Shown here: one piece after another, positions 9,109 through 19,670 of the stretch
How the letters are laid out: every line of letters begins with the position of its first letter
Position numbering within the stretch: the stretch's first letter is position 1
From: Armatimonadota bacterium
Lineage (GTDB): Bacteria; Armatimonadota; UBA5829; DTLH01
Reading direction: 5' to 3'
DNA: 53,950 bases
Assembly (NCBI GenBank): GCA_039680575.1
Contig: JBDKSP010000047.1
Location: 1 to 53,950, forward strand
Notes under the pieces: generated by a model
The model's input: the letters and a program-made list of their open reading frames with translations, nothing else
What the model was told of the DNA's origin: nothing
Databases searched by the model: none
Made by a program: the position numbers and the translations under genes

Positions 9109-10524
9109 GTGAGATATGTTTTAAGGCTATTTCTGTCTGTAATTCTTTTATCCGGCTTCCTCTTGCCATCAGAGGCTGTTATTCTTCAGCCGGGAACGTA
9201 TAAGCTGGCCTGGACTACATCCGAAGACATCAGCAAAACCACTTGCCAGTTTTTAGAACTTGATTTAGCTCCGCAGGATAATGGTGTACCTGCCATAAAT
9301 GGACTGAAGTCTGCCAAATATCTTCGATGTGGACCCGATGAAGATTGCTACTTAAGGATGGTTCTGGATGAGTCCAAGGGAACAGGCAAAGGCTACGATG
9401 TTGCATACATATCACTAGCTGCATCAGGTAAATTGACTGATGTAGCTCAGGCCATCAAGCTGCCGCTAAGGAAAAGCAACAACGCTCCACTGATGTGGAA
9501 AGATGTCAAAGTGCTGGAATCCGACAAATTCACACTGGACATACCTTACACATCGTCAAATATCATACGCAAAACTACTATTTCGCTGGAGATCGATATA
9601 TTCGACGATGGCAATATAACCGGCACTGCAGCAATAAAGCTCTGGTCGGGCTGGAGCGGGGTTATCAAGACAGATGGCGAAGACCTGAAAGTCATCCTTG
9701 ATGATCAGAATGCAGATGGGCTATTCGAGAAAAATTCATCCAATCAAGCAATAGACGGTACAACTCCGTGTTTGAACGATTATATATGGATAGGCAGGCA
9801 TAATGGGCAGTGCGAATGCGGCGAATGCAAGTCCTTTATGCTGGGAGGCGTTTCATCCTACGATAACAAGCTCTATATAATCAATGTTAAGCCGTCAGGT
9901 GAAGAAATTGAGATTAAGCCCTATACGGGACCAAGCGGAACGGTAATACTCAATGCTATCGACGGCTACAATAAACCAGCAAAGTGCGGCGCCACCATTC
10001 ATGGTAAAGAAGGGTTTTTCAAACTGCTGGATAACGGCAAAGAAACGCAGATCCCTGCCGGTGTTTACAAGACATCACCGCTTTTCATTATCGAACCTGA
10101 GCAAAACAAGGCATCGGATAAAAGAATCTCCATTTTTCAGAGAGCCAACCTTGAAATAACAGTCCAGCCTGAAAAAGCAGTCACAATAGATGCTGGCGGA
10201 CCTGTCACTTTATCTATTAATTCGGAAAAAGACGCTGTCACGGCAAAAGCCGGCCAGGAAATAAAAATTTCCCTTGATATAAAGATAAAAGATGAGAAGG
10301 CAGTTATTCTCAGCGAAAAGAATCCTGTTATAAGCATCTATAACTCTGCCGGTAAGCTGCTAAAGAGCGGCAAAGGGGAGTTTGGGTGAGGCGGAGTCTG
10401 TGAGTATTCCGTGCGAATACCTTCGAATTGGAAACCAGGCACCTATAAGATCAGTGCAAGCATCGATTTGAGGCCCTACCAGGATCAAATCGATGCAAAG
10501 AAGACTCTGAAGATCGTAAAGTGA
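9109..10524 (+). CDS. Secreted hypothetical protein, probable selenoprotein (Sec at TGA 10387-10389)
   Basis: Signal peptide; frame stays open 44 codons past TGA (GEFG-U-GGVCEYSVRIPSNWKPGTYKISASIDL...) to TGA 10522-10524; SECIS-like hairpin. Confidence 0.72.
10390..10425 (+). promoter_or_regulatory. Bacterial SECIS-like hairpin
   Basis: GTATTC-CGTGC-GAATAC (10404-10420); loop starts 20 nt after the UGA, with G at loop position 2 followed by U. Confidence 0.55.
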
Positions 10525-10551
10525 GCTCAGAACGAAAGGTAGCCGAATTTA

Positions 10552-10971
10552 ATGTCGTCAGAATATATCGTTATTGATACACAAGAAGCAATGGATAGAT
10601 TCTTGTGGCTCGTAGATGGCTTCCATGATGCCTTACTTAGGGAAGTTGGTATAGTCTCACAAGGCTACGTCGATACTGGAGATATGTATGGTGATGTTGC
10701 CCCAAGTGATATGAGATTGATAATCCATTCGCAATTTGAGGAAACACCATATATCGAGATAATATTCAGAGAGCTTAAGGAATTCAAATGGATCGATGGC
10801 TATGATCTGGAACCAGCAAAAGGCTCTGTTGCAAATGATCTCGTGACACTTTTCTTTAGTTCAAATTCTAAGAATTTTTTAGTTTCAGGGAAACAGATGG
10901 AATACAGGATATTAGGCCGTGATTGCTTGGGCAAGCAACCTCGCACAGTTGAACAGATTCAATCAGAATGA
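10552..10971 (+). CDS. Hypothetical acidic protein (immunity-protein-like)
   Basis: 139-aa ORF, AAAGGT RBS, FHDA motif; no firm family. Confidence 0.65.
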   Translation: MSSEYIVIDTQEAMDRFLWLVDGFHDALLREVGIVSQGYVDTGDMYGDVAPSDMRLIIHSQFEETPYIEIIFRELKEFKWIDGYDLEPAKGSVANDLVTLFFSSNSKNFLVSGKQMEYRILGRDCLGKQPRTVEQIQSE

Positions 10972-10978
10972 AAAAAAG

Positions 10979-11077
10979 GTTGATAAACCGAGGTATCTTG
11001 CCTTAGTCTAGGGATTGGTTAAGGGCATGGATGCCCAGGAGAATAAGGCCTGGGGCATGGATCCCCCAGGCCATCAG
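10979..11077 (+). repeat. REP family A: degenerate left hairpin joined directly to the right end
   Basis: GTTGATAAACCGAGG.. resembles 8685-8715; GATTGGTTAAGGGCATGGATGCCCAGGAGAATAAGGC.. is nearly identical to 8950-9014. Confidence 0.85.
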
Positions 11078-11098
11078 TGTATAAATATGCGAGGTATT

Positions 11099-11668
11099 AT
11101 GGAAGATAAAGAAATCCCTCTCCTTATAGCCCATATTGAGCGTTCCCTGGGAAAAATGGATGATTATCGCAAAGATACGGACGATAAGAATCCATTTATC
11201 CTAGTCACAGCCTACAAAAACCAGCCTTGCGAGGATTGCACTACGTTAGTGACATTAGGGTTAAGTAATCATCTGTTAAATCGAGATGGTCGGGATTACC
11301 GAATGGAATTGATTCTGGCGTTTCAGAACTCAGTACTTTATTATGACGCCGTTTCTCTCCTGATGTCATTTGGACAATATGTAATAACTAAGCATAAAGC
11401 GTTACTTCGGGGCGATGTAATTGGTCCGGCTACACCGATTATGCCAGATATAAAGATGACCGCTCTCTATGCTTCATGTCCCACCATATTCGATGATGAT
11501 CTGGCTGTTTTTGAAGAAAGTGATCCTCCTACGATTTTCGTCTGGTTACTTCCGATATATACCAAAGAAGCTGAGTTTATATACGAGAATGGGTGGAGTA
11601 TATTTGAGGATATTCTTATAGAAAAAGACCCTAATTTGCTGGATTTTCATAGGGAAAGCATTGTGTAG
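11099..11668 (+). CDS. Suppressor-of-fused (SUFU) domain protein
   Basis: TLGLS, ELI, RGDVI, WLLPI..E..F...GW..FE..L pattern; GAGGT RBS before ATG 11099. Confidence 0.85.
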   Translation: MEDKEIPLLIAHIERSLGKMDDYRKDTDDKNPFILVTAYKNQPCEDCTTLVTLGLSNHLLNRDGRDYRMELILAFQNSVLYYDAVSLLMSFGQYVITKHKALLRGDVIGPATPIMPDIKMTALYASCPTIFDDDLAVFEESDPPTIFVWLLPIYTKEAEFIYENGWSIFEDILIEKDPNLLDFHRESIV

Positions 11669-11691
11669 GACAAGTCCTATCCATCATGTGC

Positions 11692-11729
11692 AAAAAGCCC
11701 GGAAGGTGTTCCCTCCGGGCTCTTATTTT
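11692..11729. terminator. Bidirectional terminator between SUFU gene and groEL
   Basis: AAAAGCCCGGA-..-TCCGGGCTCTTATTTT. Confidence 0.7.
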
Positions 11730-11737
11730 AGCTCAAA

Positions 11738-13372
<1,635 letters not shown>

Positions 13373-13403
13373 TCACTCCTTTGCTTATTTTCGGATTTCG
13401 GGA

Positions 13404-13691
13404 CTATTCGCGGACAGCGAAGATAGAGTCCTGATCGAGGATGATGTAGTCCTCATTGTCAACGGTGACTTCGGTCCCGCCATACTTGGCGAAAATGACC
13501 TTCTGACCCTCTTTGACGTTCATCGGAGCCCTGTTACCGTCTTCAAGCACGCGGCCTGGTCCGACTGCGACGACCACACCTTCCTGCGGCTTTTTCTTAG
13601 CGGTATCGGGAAGGAAGATCCCTCCTGGGCTCTTCTCCTCACCTTCAGTCGCCTTAACGACTACCTTGTCCCCAAGCGGTCTAATGGCCAA
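13404..13691 (-). CDS. groS: Co-chaperonin GroES
   Basis: [22 protein letters not shown]. Confidence 0.99.
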   Translation of the reverse strand: MAIRPLGDKVVVKATEGEEKSPGGIFLPDTAKKKPQEGVVVAVGPGRVLEDGNRAPMNVKEGQKVIFAKYGGTEVTVDNEDYIILDQDSIFAVRE

Positions 13692-13788
13692 TTTTACTCC
13701 ACCTCCTGTTTAGTAGATTATTATAGGCTTTTACAAGCCCAACTGAAACATGTTGAGCGTTAATCACTCTTTCCGTGAATAACGCAGA

Positions 13789-13815
13789 TTAGCACTCTAA
13801 CTCTCAGAGTGCTAA
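13789..13815. promoter_or_regulatory. CIRCE operator (HrcA site)
   Basis: Perfect TTAGCACTC-N9-GAGTGCTAA upstream of groES. Confidence 0.97.
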
Positions 13816-13818
13816 AGC

Positions 13819-13848
13819 ATTTTAGATTACAGATGATAGGGTTGTCAA
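13819..13848 (-). promoter_or_regulatory. Sigma70-type promoter of groESL
   Basis: TTGACA-N18-TAAAAT immediately upstream of CIRCE. Confidence 0.75.
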
Positions 13849-13980
13849 TAGGTAGATGAGGATTTTGGGGATGTGGGGTGGATGGTCCCAGTTTTTCAGG
13901 TCCGGGACCACATTTAGAAGCTATTAATTACTGTTGGCGAGCCTTCATTTTCTCAGCAATATGAGCGTTTGATGCCATCT

Positions 13981-14010
13981 GCGCTTCGGCGCAAAAAAAC
14001 GCGCCGAAGT
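13981..14010. repeat. Solitary REP family H palindrome
   Basis: CTTCGGCGC-N8-GCGCCGAAG, same family as 14678, 14894, 40471 and 42628. Confidence 0.8.
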
Positions 14011-14111
14011 ATTATAAAGCTCGCGACTAAGCGTTTTTATGTGGTAAAAAGCATTAGGACATTTTTCAATGTCCTAATGCAGAATAGCTGCAATGATTAC
14101 GGTGATGGCTG

Positions 14112-14348
14112 CTATTCGGGAGGGTACATGTAATCCCATAGCAACACAACGACAACAACAAGAACAATCAAAACAATCACCAATCTATATTTTCGAAACC
14201 ATACCACAGGTTTTGACTGACGCCATTGTAGTCCAAATACAGTATCGAGCACCTTCAATAGCAGATGCTCCACTATGATAATCACAATTGAGCCTAGTAT
14301 AAATTTTATAAAGCCTAGTATAAATGTTATGAAGTTCATTTTTCCCAA
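14112..14348 (-). CDS. Small AT-rich membrane protein
   Basis: GAGGTGA RBS before TTG, two hydrophobic segments, downstream hairpin 14050-14080 with minus-strand T run. Confidence 0.55.
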   Translation of the reverse strand: MGKMNFITFILGFIKFILGSIVIIIVEHLLLKVLDTVFGLQWRQSKPVVWFRKYRLVIVLIVLVVVVVLLWDYMYPPE

Positions 14349-14670
14349 TAAATCACCTCACTTATAGCCAAAGGCAAAGCAGAAAACACGATTACCTTGG
14401 ACTACCAATATTTCCTCAGTACCTTAACAAAATCGCCTACTATCTCGCCTGTCTCTTTGAATAGCTCTTTTAAAAGCCCCTGTAGTTTTCCTTGTATACA
14501 CGCAGCGCACATTACTCTAATTCCAGCGCTTACACATTTCTGTGCTATCCCGCGAGCTGCGCCACCCCAAATAAAATCAGTTGTGTACGACAAAGATTGT
14601 TTCACACAAGGGACTAACCCTCCTCCATTTCTTCTGCATTGAATAAGTTTTGCTGCCGTCATACCAAGAA

Positions 14671-14930
14671 TTGGAATGCTTCGGTGCGATTTTTGCGCCG
14701 AAGCCCCCGTTCTCGACGTCCACGGCCTGAATGTGCCGTGGCTACCATCCGTCTACGCGGTCATCGCCAATGGACCAGTCCCACAACTATACAAGGCATG
14801 AACTCTACTACCGAACTGGTCCAGAAGCAGGCTACGCCATCATATACACGTTATGATGTCTCTTTGATGTCAATGCTGCATATCCGATAGATTGGCTTCG
14901 GCGCAAAAGGCACGCGCCGAATCATACCAA
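14671..14930 (-). mobile_element. Non-autonomous RAYT-derived element, family H (260 bp, empty form)
   Basis: Terminal GCTTCGGCGC..GCGCCGAA palindromes, imperfect 19-bp terminal inverted repeats, internal RAYT-like N- and C-terminal stubs; both ends recur at 40464-40587 and 42610-42663. Confidence 0.7.
14742..14873 (-). pseudogene. Internally deleted, frameshifted RAYT-like remnant
   Basis: MTSKRHHNVY/DGVACFWTSSVVEFMP joined to LYSCGTGPLA/DRVDGW*. Confidence 0.55.
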
Positions 14931-15004
14931 AGGGGAGAAGGGGTTTTTACTTCGGACTGCTTGCTCTCGCCAATGAATGGTGTCGCAGCCTGTCCATTTT
15001 TCAG

Positions 15005-15724
15005 CTATTTCCCCTTCAACCTCTTAATTTCGGCATCCGTCAGATGACGCCAGGCGCCAGACGGTAGGTTGCCGATTTTTATGTCCGCGATCTTCGTCCG
15101 AGCGAGGTGTTCTACCCTATGTCCCACAGCATTCAGCATCCTGCGGACCTGCCGCTTCTTGCCTTCATGAATTGTAATCTCGACGACACTTCTTCTGCCG
15201 TCAGGGCTGGTGTTCAGCAGTTTTACCTCAGCCGGGGCGGTCATTCCGTCCTCAAGCTGCACGCCTTCTCTAAGCTGCTGCAGTTCATTTTCTTCAACGG
15301 CGCCTCGAACAGTTGCGACGTAGGTCTTGCGGACTTCATGGCTCGGATGAGTGAGTTTGAAGGTCAGATCACCGTCATTTGTAAGGATAATCAACCCTTC
15401 CGTGTCCACATCCAGCCGTCCGACGGTGTGAAGGTTCGCGCTTACATCGGCCACCAGTTCCATAACAGTCTTTTTCGCATAGGGGTCGAACCTGGTGCTG
15501 GTGTAACCGACAGGCTTATTGAGGAGAATATAGTACATACGGTCCGGCAGCGTGATTAGCTTGCTGTTGACCCGTATTTCGTCTTTCTCTGGATCAGCCC
15601 GTGAACCGAGTCGGTCGACGAGTTTCCCGTTAATAGTGACTTTGCCGGCGGTTATCAGCTCTTCGCATTTTCTACGAGAGCCGACTCCTGCCATTGCCAT
15701 GACTTTTTGCAGACGTTCTTCCAC
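15005..15724 (-). CDS. rluB: RluB/RsuA family pseudouridine synthase
   Basis: S4 domain (ERLQK..G.GSRR), GRLDVDTEGL, EGKKRQVRRM; follows scpAB-dac; GTG start 15724 chosen. Confidence 0.9.
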   Translation of the reverse strand: MEERLQKVMAMAGVGSRRKCEELITAGKVTINGKLVDRLGSRADPEKDEIRVNSKLITLPDRMYYILLNKPVGYTSTRFDPYAKKTVMELVADVSANLHTVGRLDVDTEGLIILTNDGDLTFKLTHPSHEVRKTYVATVRGAVEENELQQLREGVQLEDGMTAPAEVKLLNTSPDGRRSVVEITIHEGKKRQVRRMLNAVGHRVEHLARTKIADIKIGNLPSGAWRHLTDAEIKRLKGK

Positions 15725-16883
15725 ACACAACTCCAAGTGTTAACATAGTGAGCAAACTTACAGTTTTTACCCATGGCCAGGCGGCGAATGCAATGCTTTC
15801 ATTTACATCCTGCGCCGCCTTCAGGTCTACCGATGCTATAGGCTTGCTTCCGATGTAGGCGGTCATCGTGCCGACCATGTCGCCTTTTCTTACCGGCGCA
15901 TGGATTTCATTCAGATCGATTTTTGTCGTGGCCTGGTCCGCTTCATTCAGCCTTACGGCCACCTGTAATCTCTCGGCTGGGACGACCTCCAGCTCATCTT
16001 TTCCGCCCTTTACCGGTACTCTTCTCACCGGCTGGCCCTTATCCGCCAGCACGAGCATTTGGTAGTTTTTGAATCCGTAATCCATAAGCGCGGCCGTTTC
16101 AGCCTGGCTGTCGCTGCTCTTAAGGACTACAGAGACAAGCCTCCAGCCGTTTCTTGTGGCCGATCCGACATAGCAGTAGCCTGCCTGCTTGATATAGCCG
16201 GACTTAACTCCGTCTGCACCCGGATAATGCAGTAAAAACTTTGATTTAGTATAAACCAGAACATCCTGTTTATTGATCGAGCGATCTATTCGAGTGCGCC
16301 TGGTCGCTATTATTTTGTTGAACTCAGGGTTTCTCAACGCATAGCGGGTTATAAGCGCAAGATCGTACGCGGACGAATAGTGACCAGGTGCGTGCAGTCC
16401 GTTAGGCGTTACGAAATGCGTATCAGTTGTACCGATAATCTTAGCTTTGTCGTTCATCATCTGGACGAACCCCGATACGGTCCCTCCGACGTGTTCGGCA
16501 AGCGCAACTGCTGTATCATTTGCGGACCTGATCATGAGCGCATGAAGGAGATCATCAACACTGGCCTGCTCTCCGGGCTGCAGATGCAGCGATGTAAACG
16601 GTGTCTCAGAAGCAGTCTTGCTTGCAGTGACGGTTTCATGCAGGTCACAGTTTTCGAGCACCAGGATTGCCGTCATAATTTTGGTCGTGCTTGCTATTGG
16701 CTTTTTGGCATGTATGTTTTTTGCGTATAGTATCTGCCCGGTTACGGCATCCGTCAGAATTGCGCTTGCTGCCTGTATCTTGGGCTGCGCGGCGGCGCCA
16801 TCATTCGCATAAGCAGGCCCGACCCCGAGCGCGACCACTATAATAAGCCATAAAATGTGTTTGTAATCCCTTACTGCCTTCAC
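15672..16883 (-). CDS. D-alanyl-D-alanine carboxypeptidase (peptidase S11)
   Basis: STTK (SxxK), SAN (SxN), KSG (KTG-like); signal peptide; C-terminal anchor. Confidence 0.93.
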   Translation of the reverse strand: MKAVRDYKHILWLIIVVALGVGPAYANDGAAAQPKIQAASAILTDAVTGQILYAKNIHAKKPIASTTKIMTAILVLENCDLHETVTASKTASETPFTSLHLQPGEQASVDDLLHALMIRSANDTAVALAEHVGGTVSGFVQMMNDKAKIIGTTDTHFVTPNGLHAPGHYSSAYDLALITRYALRNPEFNKIIATRRTRIDRSINKQDVLVYTKSKFLLHYPGADGVKSGYIKQAGYCYVGSATRNGWRLVSVVLKSSDSQAETAALMDYGFKNYQMLVLADKGQPVRRVPVKGGKDELEVVPAERLQVAVRLNEADQATTKIDLNEIHAPVRKGDMVGTMTAYIGSKPIASVDLKAAQDVNESIAFAAWPWVKTVSLLTMLTLGVVCGRTSAKSHGNGRSRLS

Positions 16884-16940
16884 TTTTCCACTTCCATGTG
16901 CAAGTCTCCACCATTCCTTCTGTTCCCTGTCACCTGTTTC

Positions 16941-17546
16941 TCAAACTTGTACCACTGATTCCGGCGATATTGTAATCTCTCCATCCGTGAAGAGGTTCCT
17001 CTGCGCTTCCAACTCCTGTACTTTTTCGACAGCGAGCGAATCTATATCGGGCAGATCAGCCAGATCGTCCAGTCCCATATGCTCCAGAAACTTCGGTGTC
17101 GTGCCGTAGAGTATCGGACGCCCCGGCGTCTGCTTCCTGCCGGTTTCTTTTACAAGTCCCCGTTCGAGCAACTTTTTCATAACGCCGTTGCTGTCCACTC
17201 CACGAATAGCTTCGACCTCAGGCTGCGTGACCGGCTGCCTGTAAGCGACTACGGCGAGTGTCTCAAGCTGTGCCCGGGACAGCTTCTGGTTTTGCGGAAT
17301 CAGGATGCGCTGGCAAATATCTGAGTATTCCGGCTTGGTGCACATCTGGAAACCGCCGGCCACTCTAGCTATCTGCAGACCGCTCTGTCCATGGTCCAGC
17401 TTAAGGTCATATATCGCCTGCTCGACCGCCTGCTCATCGACTTCCAGCACCGAAGCCATCTGCGCCGTGGTTACCGGTTCCGTCGACACGAACAACATAC
17501 ACTCTATCGCTGATTTCAAGTTACCGTTCTCGATCTCACTATCCAT
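16941..17546 (-). CDS. scpB: SMC-Scp complex subunit ScpB
   Basis: LETLAVVAYRQPVT..EVEAIRGV, PGRPILYGTT. Confidence 0.97.
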   Translation of the reverse strand: MDSEIENGNLKSAIECMLFVSTEPVTTAQMASVLEVDEQAVEQAIYDLKLDHGQSGLQIARVAGGFQMCTKPEYSDICQRILIPQNQKLSRAQLETLAVVAYRQPVTQPEVEAIRGVDSNGVMKKLLERGLVKETGRKQTPGRPILYGTTPKFLEHMGLDDLADLPDIDSLAVEKVQELEAQRNLFTDGEITISPESVVQV

Positions 17547-18312
17547 TAGTACTTTCCCCGTCCGGGACTGCGTTATTTGGGAATATCTCGATATTATCGA
17601 ATGTTTGATTTTGCCTTACGATTATCTTCTGAAGTCTCAACAACTCCAGTATAGCAAGAAATGTTACAACAATCTCTGCTTTTTGCCGTGGTTCCTCGAA
17701 AAGTTCGTCGAAAACCACGCCGTCGGCGCTGGCGCTGATCCGCCGCCAGACTTCACTCATTCTCATCCTGATCGATATCTTCTGGCGGGCGATAGTCGTG
17801 ACTTCTTCCTCGCCTTCGCCGACATCGGCCAGAATCCTGCGGAGCGCCTCGATCAGGTGCTCTGGCTTGACGTCCTTCAGCATAAACGGCGCGTAATCGA
17901 TCTCTATCTCGCGCGCAGCACCGGAGAAAACCTTCTGTCTTTCGGCTTCGAAGTCGTGGAATATCTCCGCAGCCTCTTTAAACCGCTGATACTGTATCAG
18001 CCGCTCGACGAGCACCATCCTCGGGTCTTCGACTTCCTCATCCTCGGCAGTCGTTGGGTCCGGCGGCAGAAGCATCTTCGATTTGATCTCAAGAAGCGTT
18101 GCAGCCATAACCATGAACTCTCCGGCGATGTCGAGGTCGAGCGACTCCATAACGTTTAGGTAAGCGATATACTGGTCCGTGATATTCTCGATAGGAATAT
18201 CGTAGATATCCAGCTTGTTCTCTCGAATCAGGTGCAGGAGCAGGTCCAGCGGCCCCTCGAAAATCGGAAGAACGACCTGATATGGATTTGTCCGAGTCTT
18301 TTGAAGTCTCAT
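17539..18312 (-). CDS. scpA: Segregation/condensation protein ScpA
   Basis: FEGPLDLLLHLI, TFLAILEL. Confidence 0.97.
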   Translation of the reverse strand: MRLQKTRTNPYQVVLPIFEGPLDLLLHLIRENKLDIYDIPIENITDQYIAYLNVMESLDLDIAGEFMVMAATLLEIKSKMLLPPDPTTAEDEEVEDPRMVLVERLIQYQRFKEAAEIFHDFEAERQKVFSGAAREIEIDYAPFMLKDVKPEHLIEALRRILADVGEGEEEVTTIARQKISIRMRMSEVWRRISASADGVVFDELFEEPRQKAEIVVTFLAILELLRLQKIIVRQNQTFDNIEIFPNNAVPDGESTNG

Positions 18313-18316
18313 TTTT

Positions 18317-18650
18317 AGCTATCAGCCGTCAGCGGGCAGCTTTCAGCTCGTTGTTTTGGAGTGCGGCGGCTTGACGCCGCTTTTCTATCGACATTTGCTA
18401 ATAAGTGTAGTGGCCGGTCTCTGCCCGGCCATCGGCCTCGCAGAGACCGGAATACCCTCTCTCTTTGACGGGAGAGGGACAGGGTGAGGGTGATTCTGCC
18501 GACCTGCAGCATACCCCTCATCCCAACCTTCTTCCGCAAGGGGAGAAGGAGTAGATTACCCCATGCTTCGGGATCGTTTTTCATCCCGAAGCACAAATCC
18601 CCACGAATCTTTTCTTGCTGATAACTGAAAGCTGATTGCTGACAGCTATA
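18317..18650. repeat. Mosaic of palindromic REP-like units between trpS and scpA
   Basis: Inverted 7-mer GCTGAnn tracts at both ends enclosing GGAGTGCGGCGGCTTGACGCCGCTTT, GTAGTGGCCGG.., family C pair 18452-18550 and family F 18563-18596. Confidence 0.8.
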
Positions 18651-18657
18651 AGAGAAG

Positions 18658-19638
18658 CTACCCGATCTTCATTGCGGCGCGAACATCAGCCATCGTTGCG
18701 GAAGTAACCTTCCTGGCCTTCTCTGCGCCTGCGGCAAGGATATCGCAAAGCTCCTTTGGGTTCTCCTCAAGCTGTGTTCTTCGCTCTCGGACAGGTGCGA
18801 GCGCTGCGTTCATATTGGCTATAAGCCGTTTCTTGCAGTCTACGCATCCAAGCTCACCCTTCTTGCAGACCTCGCAAATCTCCGCAGTCTCGCTCTTGCT
18901 GTATACGTTATGCAGCGCAAAGACAGGGCAGGTATCAGGATGTCCCGGGTCTTTCTTATAGAGCTTCAGCGGGTCCGTGAACATCGTTTTGATCTTCTGC
19001 TGAGTCTCTTCGGCGGTGTCTTTGATGTAGATCGCGTTGCCGTAGGATTTGCTCATCTTTCGGTTATCGGTCCCCGGCATGATGGGGTATTCCGTCATTT
19101 TAGCTTCCGGTTCCGGGAAAACATCGCCGTAGATATGGTTGAACCTGCGGCAGATCTCGCGCGTCAACTCAAGATGAGGAAGCTGGTCCTTCCCGACCGG
19201 GACGACGGTTGCTTTATAGACAAGAATGTCGGAAGCCATCAGTACGGGATAGCCGAGCAGACCGTAGCTGGCCGACTCGATCTGCAAATTGTCCAATTTA
19301 TCCTTATAGGTCGGTACGCGCTCCAGCCACGGAACAGGAGTTATCATCGAAAGCAGCAGATGAAGCTCCGCATGCTCCTTTACATCCGATTGGATAAATA
19401 TCGCGCATCTATTGGGGTCGAGCCCGGCGGCAAGAAAGTCCAGAGCTACCTGGCGCGTGTTTTCCTTGATTGCGTCCGGCGTCTCATAGAGCGTCGTGAG
19501 GGAATGCCAGTCGGCTATCATAAAGAACGAATCGTATTCGTCCTGCAATTTGACCCAGTTCCGAAGCGCTCCCTCGTAATTGCCGAGATGGAGCTGTCCG
19601 GTGGACTGCATTCCGCTAAGTATTCTAGGTTTGCTCAT
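18658..19638 (-). CDS. trpS: Tryptophan--tRNA ligase
   Basis: HLGN, KMSKS, VPVGKDQ. Confidence 0.97.
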   Translation of the reverse strand: MSKPRILSGMQSTGQLHLGNYEGALRNWVKLQDEYDSFFMIADWHSLTTLYETPDAIKENTRQVALDFLAAGLDPNRCAIFIQSDVKEHAELHLLLSMITPVPWLERVPTYKDKLDNLQIESASYGLLGYPVLMASDILVYKATVVPVGKDQLPHLELTREICRRFNHIYGDVFPEPEAKMTEYPIMPGTDNRKMSKSYGNAIYIKDTAEETQQKIKTMFTDPLKLYKKDPGHPDTCPVFALHNVYSKSETAEICEVCKKGELGCVDCKKRLIANMNAALAPVRERRTQLEENPKELCDILAAGAEKARKVTSATMADVRAAMKIG

Positions 19639-19670
19639 TGTAGCTCTAAAATCCGCCTTTCTTCTATATG

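Noticed and set aside
8952..9203. ORF MVKGMDAQENK.. and the same N-terminus on the SUFU ORF (11015)
   Set aside because: Translation of REP family A DNA, not a shared protein domain
8690..11077. CRISPR array or integron attC array
   Set aside because: No regularly spaced repeats with unique spacers, no cas genes or integrase, no clear attC R-box pairs; REP/RAYT explains the pattern better
15672..15724. Overlap of carboxypeptidase 3' end with rluB start
   Set aside because: Short same-strand overlap in an operon; no evidence of frameshift or recoding
18315..18596. 93-aa ORF in the trpS-scpA gap
   Set aside because: Made entirely of repeat mosaic
19639..19670. T-box upstream of trpS
   Set aside because: Only ~30 nt separate it from the upstream gene
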